This document shows positions 41,601 to 49,832 of a DNA stretch of 64,000 nt, one piece after another; position 1 is the first letter of the stretch, and each line of letters starts with the position of its first letter. The DNA comes from Candidatus Cloacimonadales bacterium. Its GTDB lineage: Bacteria; Cloacimonadota; Cloacimonadia; Cloacimonadales; JAFGVF01. The stretch covers positions 384,001 to 448,000 of the forward strand of contig CAXXJV010000001.1 of assembly GCA_963663475.2 (NCBI GenBank), given 5' to 3'. The position numbers and the translations under genes were made by a program. The notes beneath the pieces are model-generated. The model searched no databases and had not been told where the DNA came from. It worked only from the letters and a program-made list of their open reading frames with translations.

Positions 41601-42078
41601 TTCCTGATTTAAATAGAGCTAATTTCCAGTAACGAATGGTTACGTTTTTACGGTTACTGTCTGGATATCTTCTTACTAAATCATTTGCTTTGAGAGTTAC
41701 CATATCCCAATCTTGAGAATAAACAGCTTTTTTGCAATCGAGAAATAGCAAATCGTCTTGTAGGCTTGCTACATTACGATAGGCCTTAAACATCATACTT
41801 CTGATGAAATTAGAATATTCTCGATCATTCTCTTTTATAAGAGTGAAGTAGGCTTCTTCATCTTCGGCAAATTTATCTTCTATTCCAGATATATTATTAG
41901 CTCTAAGCAAGTCATTTACTTGAGTAATTCTCTCTTCTTCAATAGCATTACGAATCTCGTCTAAACTGGCAACATCTCCCCCATTATCTGCAGGAGAAGT
42001 TTGAGAGTAAAGAGTTAGTAATGATAAGTTTATAAGAAGAAGGATCAACAACATCTTCTTTATACACATACTACCCAC
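35635..42078 (-). CDS. Giant exported TPR-like/coiled-coil protein with C-terminal beta-sandwich domain
   Basis: Signal peptide, many TPR-like units (YGQSLYNIGRFNDA, YEIGIAHRKAGNLQKA, ALFQRAWHKMAIQNYEAA), C-terminal ANETVNIYLNGQQVG..GKNVI; exact start uncertain. Confidence 0.8.
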   Translation of the reverse strand: MGSMCIKKMLLILLLINLSLLTLYSQTSPADNGGDVASLDEIRNAIEEERITQVNDLLRANNISGIEDKFAEDEEAYFTLIKENDREYSNFIRSMMFKAYRNVASLQDDLLFLDCKKAVYSQDWDMVTLKANDLVRRYPDSNRKNVTIRYWKLALFKSGKDQEYVELVEEYPEFELASQKFRYGQSLYNIGRFNDAQKYLEEAAIDTEYTLRSTATLALISLSEGRIEEATAIFDVLQNNFSPDTPYYDFVLLSIARLFSHYGDPETAVSYYQAYSQLNNDNISEVIYEIGIAHRKAGNLQKAKTTFERLLESKNANDFYVQTLYNLILIDHELNNGDSASNLMTSYQARVDDYFTSLLQNRNLMNEIRSLRNNLLMETEETRKNILREQITSKEEAVLANQLVLEEKISFLDPRSVQLIKELELTFIERTETYFVELDLIDQYRNRPKDELIAIANRDRANKEEDYLLDITEELLSDIESPNDDQFLRAYWYANQLYLKKKYIVNLSNLVDKTRSYPQKNSELRQLLKDEQENLDEIRVKAKFDLAEFPNLSEKQELAEEKVEEFLAQESKLEVKRRKVIDTYYETVAAKAEAEVKDKFKELDGKISIYSNSFNKFNQIKNEQQTYVDFIALDLDFRKLNENYKSRLEEADRDSLALSEAEYGQYEDQYESIYNRTNAFIFKNNNFNNNFKLYFNLAEIATIIYSNNYNLIYNNYQKVLELNPDFPQKDVVLYNLAYYKNQILDLEIANLREEKMKDENYFYQPRPESVTKSVSKYREVIDNYLELSKDVNSKYQIESMLRLAKLYFDIAVDADDPAKYVGISIKVYDQIYALGSLDQKYEALFQRAWHKMAIQNYEAAIADLEILLADKDMFTEYQKNKYSAAEDIIVYSLNEVDYLPNVELKSKDYVMNKLFTLYDESTANNIFQKLLEKKRIFDEFEDIITLYDARSRVDLYAITNPVYTDSIITTMSRYSLELGDSLDIRGEREYRKAIARYGYTSDWYEYNKNQDLSPYVKVIQKGFDDFILPDLYSKVDANPNMENIMSFTNATEEYANYVGFDEEIRAQRLKIYDQNNISAIVKYVRSQQDTTAYNYGIEKVYNFIDRNPETDIRTDLEQNAYSWAYNVSVITDTTNFDTLNYSTQEIEDIKSERRSQYISIANRFYDFLSTSDIPDKDQTIYKLLYYRGLTKRRMGDNDGAKADFLACNDLNISDEYKESIFRNLAELYKADGDIDSSIEYFAKAKEFVDDEKKTEYEKEIFNNRSAKISQLQSTDNQEDKVKAAQEMEKVLQSSVIDEAKKAELRRNAIALYAAGGDYDTAVSRLLEQGDASKTIEEAWNNYSAAISITDSLGYKERTQEIEDTFMGRFPNDQQTFVILISRLGVVQDSTLTTYDPLLASEKMLEIYERASQEGDKLDISSLDLKAEDYYFNAIEMKCRTLSKEDEVQEWVAFNLKFPDYERIYILNLICSLYEELEDDENYLEYIKILYATDNTSVRYPRYAVEQLSPIDEEIKKAYRNKEWDRMLSLIEDFKAQAETFTANGIPAETIAIPSSLERYDKYTLDYEREQEKKAFLADLEIRYNKFMEFIDVPAEVNERIKVNNATTWNTHLYGENKRINNFVELVKNQFALIDQDAQRVFDSDLLTVDEKREEIYKLDYAKFKIAKYSGDLIYNQITKFLTLPNGQYVNYQNIIYGRTDLTYEEQDEILYAYEDEIYLVRGQYATEFDNIGIGYAKSIYETYIDGITNPLPGTDEIVAFLQKVGVSEVVAKEEIEIPFLASMRKDFSAIQESEINDGYRDFMIYTIPSGDSLHIETSFECPILPMASRIRFVEEGDFWFNDQVSISFKANDNLVDISNLYLPDGIIEDSLSAFPYLYRGLSNDNNLASLNYSKGQNTISLQVVNKSFDDINIGFNFAMIYDKEKLFIHNNAVKFNLVTDNTWLGADSLETLTIDDPNWGQVSYGTIDEDYYQLDAFKNSVAIPIWYRNTDLLQEETKQVDTNNLLTDLNIQDTLSAQVLEDSLMLANTGLDSLNVASLADSTMLEEEVIEDQPTVKYFVKEFEVTGQVIDSIIYFLANETVNIYLNGQQVGFEEYYYFAPPDAPYLDISPDYYVQGKNVIIFEVNSPKQDNGLLIDLQIRTLNERR

Positions 42079-42103
42079 TTATCAAATTATTAAGTTAATT
42101 AAT

Positions 42104-43108
42104 TTACTCTAATTCTTCTAACTCATCAATTAGGTTATCTAACTCTGACTGTTTTTTCAATTCAGCTTCTCTTAATGCTCTAATTTGTTCTAAGATACTA
42201 GAACCAGTACCTTGGTTTGTATTAGTTTCAAGGTTCTGTCTTTGGGTTCTAACTCTTTCAGGATTTGCTTCAAAAACACCTTGTTTAGTAGCTTTAGAGT
42301 CTGCCCAACGTGTAATTCTGTATTGGATATTGAAAGCCATTTTTAGGTTGTCTTGATTTTCCTTAATAAACTCTTCAATTTCAATAATAGAGTATTGAAG
42401 GGCTAGGTTATTCCAGTTATATTTAGCACCGAAGTTAATGGCATGACCACTTTGTTCAGCGAAAACACTGAAATTGTTCTTAGGGAAAAGAGCAGTTGGA
42501 TAGTATTCAAAAGTTCCAAAGAGTCCGTTAAAGTCTTGAGCAAGATCTCTTTGTCCTACGAAACGATTAGTTCCGAGTCCAACGGTAACATATAGTTGCA
42601 TATCTCCTAAAATGTTAACATCTCTAAGAGCCCATGATTTAGTTGCAGCAACGTAGAAAGAGTTCTTTTCATAAGTAGTTGCTTGTGGGATATCTGCCCA
42701 ATCTTCAAAGTCTTCGTCTTCATAATCAACAGCGTCAGTACCAACTTTTGAGAAGAGGTTATCGACACCTAGGGTAATACCTGGGTATTCAAAAGTTTCT
42801 TGAACTAATTGATATTTGAAGTTAGCATAAAAAACTTCATCTCCTGTATATACAAAACCTAATTCTGCTCTATCGAAAAGTCCGTATTTAGCTTGAATAA
42901 CGTAATTGTATTCATAATCAGCAGGGTCAGTAGATCCTTGTTCTAAACCGTCTCTTAAATATGATGCAAAATTGACTGAGATTTGATTTGCAGGCATAAC
43001 AAAACCGTCAGGCACATCAATATTGCCTAGGGTTCCAAATGGAACAGCTACAAGAGCATTAATACAAAGTAAAACACTCATAATAAGTAAAATTTTTTCT
43101 CTCATCAC
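42104..43108 (-). CDS. Probable outer-membrane beta-barrel protein (YjbH-like) with C-terminal coiled coil
   Basis: Signal peptide, G.IDVP, alternating beta-strands with aromatics (KYGLFDRAELG, ANFKYQL, INFGAKYNW), helical tail. Confidence 0.6.
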   Translation of the reverse strand: MMREKILLIMSVLLCINALVAVPFGTLGNIDVPDGFVMPANQISVNFASYLRDGLEQGSTDPADYEYNYVIQAKYGLFDRAELGFVYTGDEVFYANFKYQLVQETFEYPGITLGVDNLFSKVGTDAVDYEDEDFEDWADIPQATTYEKNSFYVAATKSWALRDVNILGDMQLYVTVGLGTNRFVGQRDLAQDFNGLFGTFEYYPTALFPKNNFSVFAEQSGHAINFGAKYNWNNLALQYSIIEIEEFIKENQDNLKMAFNIQYRITRWADSKATKQGVFEANPERVRTQRQNLETNTNQGTGSSILEQIRALREAELKKQSELDNLIDELEELE

Positions 43109-43235
43109 AATTTCTCCTTTATGTACACTTAATCGTTAATAATCAAGTTTTTTTGAATTTTCTTTTTTTAGTCATTTTCACTCATCTCTAATTAAATGAA
43201 TTGACAAAATAGAGTCAAGCTTTTTTTTTCATTTT

Positions 43236-43628
43236 ATGAATAAATCTAACAAGAACAAAATATTTGGTAAATTAGGTGAAAGTTTAGCAAGTAGTTATTT
43301 AGCAAAAAATGGCTTTGTAATAGTAGAGAAGAACTTTCGTTGTTTTTCTGGCGAGATAGATATTATTGCACAAAAAGAAGATTTATTAATAATTGTTGAG
43401 GTCAAATCTAGAAAAAATATTGATAGTGATGAGACCATGCTATCTATTACAAAGTCTAAGCAAAGAAAAATAAGCCGAGCTACTGCTGATTTCATAGATA
43501 AGAACCAGCAGTATTCGGACAATTTTATCAGGTTTGATATAATAACAGTTATCAAGCATCCTTACTTGGATGAGTATTCAATCAATCATTATGAAGATGC
43601 TTTCTCTTATATTGCAGATGAAAGGTAA
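43236..43628 (+). CDS. yraN: YraN family endonuclease-like protein (UPF0102)
   Basis: G..GE..A..YL, NFR..GEIDIIA, VEVKSR, RFD. Confidence 0.93.
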   Translation: MNKSNKNKIFGKLGESLASSYLAKNGFVIVEKNFRCFSGEIDIIAQKEDLLIIVEVKSRKNIDSDETMLSITKSKQRKISRATADFIDKNQQYSDNFIRFDIITVIKHPYLDEYSINHYEDAFSYIADER

Positions 43629-43725
43629 GCAGGAATCCATAATTATTCTTGGTAAAAACACAGAATTATGAATGATTTATTTTTTCCTATCTTAAAAAAT
43701 CTTCATCCAGCAGTGTGTAATTCTT

Positions 43726-45114
43726 TTATTTAAGTCTTTCTACATCAAAATCTTGACCGAGGTAGAATTTATAATCTGCAGAGACATTAATATCGTTATC
43801 ATTATAAACATATATTAACTTATGCCCGTTGTTCATATTTACATCAAAGAAGGTGTAGCTAGCTAATTTTTTTGTAGCATATCTCCAGATTTCGTATTCC
43901 TTATCATTGAAAACAGCTCTTCTTTCCAATAGAGCGTCAGCATCATACTTATCAGTTGCATCTAACTCGCCAACCATAAATTTTTCAATATCATCAGGAG
44001 GACCGTACAAGATATAAATTTTGCCTCTATCAGAAGCCCAGCCTGGTTTATGATGGGAGAATTTTTGATTTGAGTAATCAATTCTTTCTTTTAGGGTAGA
44101 GATAAGCATTTCAGGGGTGATAGCCTGGGAATTAGCATATCTTTCCCAGAATTTATTTATTTCTTGTCTTTTCCTAGAGGAAGTGAAGGCATCCCAAGAA
44201 CTTTGAGTATTAGAATAGCCAAAATATCTCATAAGCTTAAATTCATCATCGCGATTATCAAATATGTAATAAGTTTCACCAGGGTAATCTGAGATTGAGA
44301 AATCAGTATAAGTCCTATTGTTTTCAACTTGGTTAAGTGATTTTACGGTAACATAATAGATGCCTTTAGGTAACTTTTGAATGTTAATAGCTTGGGTAAT
44401 GTTAGCTGTTTCTGAATTACTTAATCCACTTTTCTGCATAAAATCGACTTGCTGATCAAAAGAATCTTTTACTTCAATTATGTAGTCATATTTCCACTGA
44501 GATTTGGAGTGTCTTGTTAGACCTTGTAATTGAAAGTAGGCATAAAGACTATCAATAGTCTCTTTATAAAATATTCTTGAAGGGTTGGATTTATAAAGTT
44601 TTTTACCTCTATACATATATTTAAACTTATCATTAACTTGTGTGCTGACATAGTCATTTAGTTCAACATCACTAATATAGCGGTCATTAATTAGCTTAAG
44701 GTCTTTTTGGAAGATATAGGTATCTTTACTTACCATATCAATAAATTTCATTTCCAAGGTATTGCCCGAGCTGGGGTAATCAAAGCTATATCTATCGATA
44801 TGTTCACGAGTTTTGGATTCAATATCTTTTAGATCAGAGACAATAATTTGTTCAGCAAAAGCCTCCTGGTGGAGTATTTTATTACTATTGTATATTTTAA
44901 CTTCAATTCTTAACCCTGCAATAGCTCCACTCTTATCTTCGTTAATTTTAAAAGTAAGGTCTTGATATTTCACAGAATAGTTAACATCAATAATGGTGCG
45001 TTGATTTGCATCAAAAAAGTTAAGACCTTCAACACTAATATTCAAGTTCTTTGCCCAAGACATTGCTATCATTGATAATAGCACTAATAAAATGAATGTT
45101 TTTTTAGAAATCAT
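43726..45114 (-). CDS. GWxTD domain protein (variant GWASD)
   Basis: Signal peptide from ATG 45114; FW..RI.Y.N..F....GWASDRGKIYILYGPPD..EIWRY. Confidence 0.88.
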   Translation of the reverse strand: MISKKTFILLVLLSMIAMSWAKNLNISVEGLNFFDANQRTIIDVNYSVKYQDLTFKINEDKSGAIAGLRIEVKIYNSNKILHQEAFAEQIIVSDLKDIESKTREHIDRYSFDYPSSGNTLEMKFIDMVSKDTYIFQKDLKLINDRYISDVELNDYVSTQVNDKFKYMYRGKKLYKSNPSRIFYKETIDSLYAYFQLQGLTRHSKSQWKYDYIIEVKDSFDQQVDFMQKSGLSNSETANITQAINIQKLPKGIYYVTVKSLNQVENNRTYTDFSISDYPGETYYIFDNRDDEFKLMRYFGYSNTQSSWDAFTSSRKRQEINKFWERYANSQAITPEMLISTLKERIDYSNQKFSHHKPGWASDRGKIYILYGPPDDIEKFMVGELDATDKYDADALLERRAVFNDKEYEIWRYATKKLASYTFFDVNMNNGHKLIYVYNDNDINVSADYKFYLGQDFDVERLK

Positions 45115-46213
45115 ACTCTTCTTCTTTGTTGTATAGTTTGTAGTCTTCGATTCTAGATCGATCATAAAAAATGAAAGTTTTATTTAACCGATAATAGTGC
45201 CAGGTTTGCGTTGGATATCTCCCTACAGGATTATTATCAACACTTATTTCATCAGGTTCACCAAACTTTATATAAATCCTACCACGATCAGTTTGCCAAC
45301 CTTGCTTATAACGGTGAACTGAGAACTTTCTGTCTGCCTGTAAAATCCTATTATAGAAAAGATCTTGCAAACTAGAATTCTGAGATTCTTTAGGATTGTT
45401 AGAAGCCCAAAATTGCAATACTTTCTCAGAATCGGTCCAATTCTTATTACGATTAATTTCCTTCCAAGTTTTATCATTAACAATATATTTTATTTGACTG
45501 AGTTGGTCTTCCCAGCTGTATTTCTTCTGAAAACTATTAAGATATTTTTCCAGTTTAAGTTCTGATTGATATAGGTCATTAGCCAGTTTAAACTCAATAT
45601 AATTGTTAGTAAAATCTTCTATAAGGTAGTCAGCTTTAAGTTTTGTTAAGAGTTCCTTACTTGTAGGAAGTTCACTTACCTTTCTGTTATTTTTAGATTC
45701 ACTAACAAATTTTAATGTCTGAGTTTCAGTTTCATACAACTGGTAGAGATAGATATTATTGGAAGTTTCAATATCTTCCCAAGAAAGGACTTCCATATAG
45801 ATATTTTCCATTTTTTTCACTAAGTACAAAGCTGAAAAGTGTTGATTTTTTTCTACAAAAAACTCAAATTTTTCTTCTTTTTTATCATTTCTTAGCTTGT
45901 TGTTTAATTTTAGAAAAGCTGTATATTGGCCAGGTTCTACTTGTGTTTTCAAGAAGAATATCAAACGTTGGTTATTCTCAAGTTTATCAGACTTTAATTC
46001 AATATCTTCTTTTGCTAAATAGACTGATTTATTATTCTCATCAAAGAGCTCGAAAATCATCCGATAAGCAATTTCACCTTTCTTACTAAAAAGATCATTG
46101 CTGTCTATTCTCAGAGTAAGAAGAGTCTCATCACCTACCAATTGCGGGCTAAGATCAGCTGCAAATAAGAGATTGACTAGCAAGAAAAAGATTATCATCA
46201 AAGCTACTTTCAT
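45104..46213 (-). CDS. GWxTD domain protein
   Basis: Signal peptide; GWQTDRGRIYIKFGEPD..TWHY. Confidence 0.9.
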   Translation of the reverse strand: MKVALMIIFFLLVNLLFAADLSPQLVGDETLLTLRIDSNDLFSKKGEIAYRMIFELFDENNKSVYLAKEDIELKSDKLENNQRLIFFLKTQVEPGQYTAFLKLNNKLRNDKKEEKFEFFVEKNQHFSALYLVKKMENIYMEVLSWEDIETSNNIYLYQLYETETQTLKFVSESKNNRKVSELPTSKELLTKLKADYLIEDFTNNYIEFKLANDLYQSELKLEKYLNSFQKKYSWEDQLSQIKYIVNDKTWKEINRNKNWTDSEKVLQFWASNNPKESQNSSLQDLFYNRILQADRKFSVHRYKQGWQTDRGRIYIKFGEPDEISVDNNPVGRYPTQTWHYYRLNKTFIFYDRSRIEDYKLYNKEEEYDF

Positions 46214-49200
46214 TCAAGACTTCCTTGGATAGAGTAAGGAATATTCTTTTTACTCCAGAAATTACAAAAATCAGAACAAGGATCAACAGTAAATTCCTGA
46301 GACAAGAGGACAACATCATCCCATTCTTCAGTTTCAACAATGAACTTTAAGTAGTGTTTGCCTTTATAAGTCTTGATAACATCTAAATAGTTACTTTTAA
46401 CTATATTAGCTAGCCCTTCACGAGATATATTGATAGTAATTTCACCACCAATTTCCTGTCTAAATTCTTGATATGGCTTGATAACATTGGGATTTAACTT
46501 TAATAGAACATCATCATTGTTAAAGTTACTTTGACTGCCAATAATAGCGTAGATTTCACCTTCAATAAGTTTATCATAATATTCATTAAATCTCTCTTTA
46601 TAAAGGGTAATTTCGAATTTACCTTTGAGGTCTTCAAAACTAATAACTCCATAGTAATCTCCACTTTTGGCTTTCTTCTTGATTTTATTAGTCATAATCC
46701 CTACAATTATAGCTTTACTAGGAACTCCCATCTTTTGAGCTGGATATTGAGAATCTACATTAACTATACTTTCAATAATAGCTCTCTTTTCTTGTAGGGG
46801 ATGGCCAGAAACATAGAAACCAAGAACTTCTTTTTCTCTTCTTAATTTCTCTTTCTGATTCCATTCAGCTACTTTTTTTAGCTGAGGATAATAATCTGTT
46901 GCCTCCTCTTCATTGTCCATTAAGTCAAAAAGAGTCATCTGATCTTTACTCTTTTGGCAAGAAGTAGAATAATCTAAGGCATCAGCAATAGCTAACCATT
47001 TCTGAGCTCTATTACCTTCTAAGGAATCAGCTGCCCCTGAAGCAATCAGACTTTCAAGAGTTGTCTTATTTACTGCACTACTATTCAACCTACTACTTAG
47101 GTCAAATAAGGATGAAAAAGGACCATCAAGTGATCTATTTTCTAGAATCTCTTTAATAGCTGCTGCCCCAACATTCTTAATACCTCTTAAGCCAAACTGA
47201 ATTTTGTTACCTTTTACAGTAAACTCTTCTTCCGAATTATTTATATCTGGAGGATCTACCTCAATATTCATTTTCTTACATTCTTCAATAAAATAAGGTA
47301 TTTTAGCTGGGTCTTCTTCCAATGAAAGAATAGCAGCCATAAATTCAACAGGATAATGAGCTTTAAGATAGGCTGTTTGAAAAGATATAAAAGCATAACA
47401 AGCAGCGTGACTTTTATTAAAAGCGTAATTCGCAAATTCTAACCAGTTATCCCAAATTTTCTTTATTGTAGCCTCAGGAACTCCATTCTTAAGAGAGCCT
47501 TCCTGGAATTTGATAAACATTTCAGCCATCATATCCAATTTTTTCTTACTAATAGCCTTTCTTAAAACACCTGCTTCAGCACTGGTGAAGTTACCCATCA
47601 CCTTAGAAATCTGCATGACCTGCTCTTGATAAACAGTAACTCCATAGGTTTCTTCTAATGAAGAACGGGTTAACTCGTGGTCATAAACTATATCTTCTTT
47701 GCCATGTTTTCTATTAATATAGGTATCAATAAACTGCATTGGACCAGGTCTATATAGGGCAACCATGGCAATTAAATCTTCAAATTTATTCGGCTTGAGT
47801 TTTGAAAGATATTTCTTCATTCCTGGAGATTCAAACTGAAAAACACCATCAGTTAAACCTTTAGAAAGAAGCTTGAAAGTTTCCTTATCCGTGATATCAA
47901 CATTCTCAATATCTATATCAATTGCTTGAGACTCTTTTACATACTCTTTAGCTTTCTGAATTATAGTTAGAGTTTTCAAACCTAAGAAGTCCATCTTGAG
48001 AAGCTTCAAATCATCTAACCATTTTCCTTCATACTGCACTAAAACAGCATTCTCCCCTGTCTTTTGAGAAGATACTGCTAAAGGAACATAATTGCTTAAA
48101 TCATCAGGACCAATCACAACCCCTGCGGCATGAATACCAGTCTGCCTTATCAAGCCTTCTAAAACTTTACTATCTCTTAAGATTCTCTTATAGGTTTCAT
48201 TACTCTCCATGAGATACCTAAAATCATCAGACTCCTTCACAGCCTTATCAAGAGTCATCTTAGGATTACTAGGTATCAGCTTAGTCATTTTAGCAGCATC
48301 TTGTGGACTAACATCCATTACTCGAGCTACATCCTTGATAATTGATTTTGCTCCAAGTTTTCCAAATGTAATAATTTGAGTAACACTCTCTCGTCCATAC
48401 TTTTCCACAACATAATCTATGACTTTACTTCTGCCTTTAGCACAAAAATCTATATCAATATCGGGCATTCCTACACGTTTTAAATCAAGAAATCTTTCAA
48501 AGAGAAGCCCATACCTTAATGGATCAAGCTGAGTAATATCTAGGGTATAAGCAACAATTGAACCTGCAGCTGAACCACGACCTGGTCCAACTGGTATACC
48601 CATTTCCCTAGCCTTATCCATGAAATCTTTAACAACTAGGAAATAACCATCATACCCCATCTTATTGATAATACCTAATTCAAAATTAATCCTTTCCTCA
48701 ATTTCAGGTGTAATTTCAGGATACTTCCTTTTAGCACCTTCATAACATAAACCCCGCATATAATCAGCCATATCCTTGTATTGTTCAGGAACATCAATCT
48801 TAGGGAAAAGAAAATTATCATAGTTTAACTGAAGATCTATCATATCTGCAATCTTCTGAGTATTATCATAGGCTTCAGGCAGATTAGGAAACAAGACCCT
48901 CATCTCTGCTTCACTTTTAAAATAGAGATCCTGAGTTTCATATTTCATTCTATCAGGATCATCAAACTTTTTACCAGTCTGGATGCATAGCAAAACATCA
49001 TGAGCTTCAGCATCTTCCTTATCCAGATAATGGCAATCATTAGTTACAACTAATGGAGTATCTGTCTCTTGTGCTAATTCAATCAGCTGTGGCATCACCT
49101 TTCTTTCTAATTCAAGTCCATGATCTTGCAGTTCTAAATAAAATCTTCCTGGAAAAATATCTTTGTATTCTTGTAAGGCTTCTAGAGCTCCTTCATAATC

Positions 49201-49644
49201 TTCATCAAGTAATTTGCGAGGAACTTCCCCTTGAATACAAGCTGAAAGAGCTATTATACCTTCATTGTACTTTTGCAGGTCTGCTTTTATCATTCTAGGT
49301 TTGTAATATAGGCCCTCAGTAAAGGAATGGGATGATAGCTTAATCAAATTCTTATAACCTTGTAGGTTCATAGCAAGTAGGACTAGATGATAACGTTTTT
49401 TATGCTTGCTATCACTGTCATCATAATTGCCATTTATCACATAGGCTTCAGTACCAATTATTGGTTTAATGCCTGCAGCCTTTGCCTTGTTGTAAAATTC
49501 AATAGTCCCAAACATGTTACCATGATCTGTCATTGCTACTGCATTCATTCCTAGCTTAACAGCTTTATTAATCATTCTATCTATTCTACATGCACCATCT
49601 AGCAAGCTATATTGCGTATGGTTGTGTAGATGTACAAAAGACAT
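46210..49644 (-). CDS. dnaE: DNA polymerase III alpha subunit
   Basis: FVHLHNHTQYSLLDG, GPGRGSAAGS, PDIDID, KMDFLGL, YAFNKSHA; no intein apparent. Confidence 0.99.
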   Translation of the reverse strand: MSFVHLHNHTQYSLLDGACRIDRMINKAVKLGMNAVAMTDHGNMFGTIEFYNKAKAAGIKPIIGTEAYVINGNYDDSDSKHKKRYHLVLLAMNLQGYKNLIKLSSHSFTEGLYYKPRMIKADLQKYNEGIIALSACIQGEVPRKLLDEDYEGALEALQEYKDIFPGRFYLELQDHGLELERKVMPQLIELAQETDTPLVVTNDCHYLDKEDAEAHDVLLCIQTGKKFDDPDRMKYETQDLYFKSEAEMRVLFPNLPEAYDNTQKIADMIDLQLNYDNFLFPKIDVPEQYKDMADYMRGLCYEGAKRKYPEITPEIEERINFELGIINKMGYDGYFLVVKDFMDKAREMGIPVGPGRGSAAGSIVAYTLDITQLDPLRYGLLFERFLDLKRVGMPDIDIDFCAKGRSKVIDYVVEKYGRESVTQIITFGKLGAKSIIKDVARVMDVSPQDAAKMTKLIPSNPKMTLDKAVKESDDFRYLMESNETYKRILRDSKVLEGLIRQTGIHAAGVVIGPDDLSNYVPLAVSSQKTGENAVLVQYEGKWLDDLKLLKMDFLGLKTLTIIQKAKEYVKESQAIDIDIENVDITDKETFKLLSKGLTDGVFQFESPGMKKYLSKLKPNKFEDLIAMVALYRPGPMQFIDTYINRKHGKEDIVYDHELTRSSLEETYGVTVYQEQVMQISKVMGNFTSAEAGVLRKAISKKKLDMMAEMFIKFQEGSLKNGVPEATIKKIWDNWLEFANYAFNKSHAACYAFISFQTAYLKAHYPVEFMAAILSLEEDPAKIPYFIEECKKMNIEVDPPDINNSEEEFTVKGNKIQFGLRGIKNVGAAAIKEILENRSLDGPFSSLFDLSSRLNSSAVNKTTLESLIASGAADSLEGNRAQKWLAIADALDYSTSCQKSKDQMTLFDLMDNEEEATDYYPQLKKVAEWNQKEKLRREKEVLGFYVSGHPLQEKRAIIESIVNVDSQYPAQKMGVPSKAIIVGIMTNKIKKKAKSGDYYGVISFEDLKGKFEITLYKERFNEYYDKLIEGEIYAIIGSQSNFNNDDVLLKLNPNVIKPYQEFRQEIGGEITINISREGLANIVKSNYLDVIKTYKGKHYLKFIVETEEWDDVVLLSQEFTVDPCSDFCNFWSKKNIPYSIQGSLE

Positions 49645-49832
49645 AAATTCTCCCTCATCTTTTTTATATAATATTAAAATTGCTCTTGCTTTACTGTCAA
49701 TAAAATTTATCTTTTTCTCTTTTTTATAAGCTAAGCTTACTCTTAACAGGTATTTTTTAAGTATTACTTAATTTTTCTTGACAAATTATTACTGGCAGGT
49801 ATTTTTTACTTATTAACTTTAAGGGAGATAAT

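Noticed and set aside
46210-49644. Intein or split in dnaE
   Set aside because: Length and motif order are those of an uninterrupted DnaE
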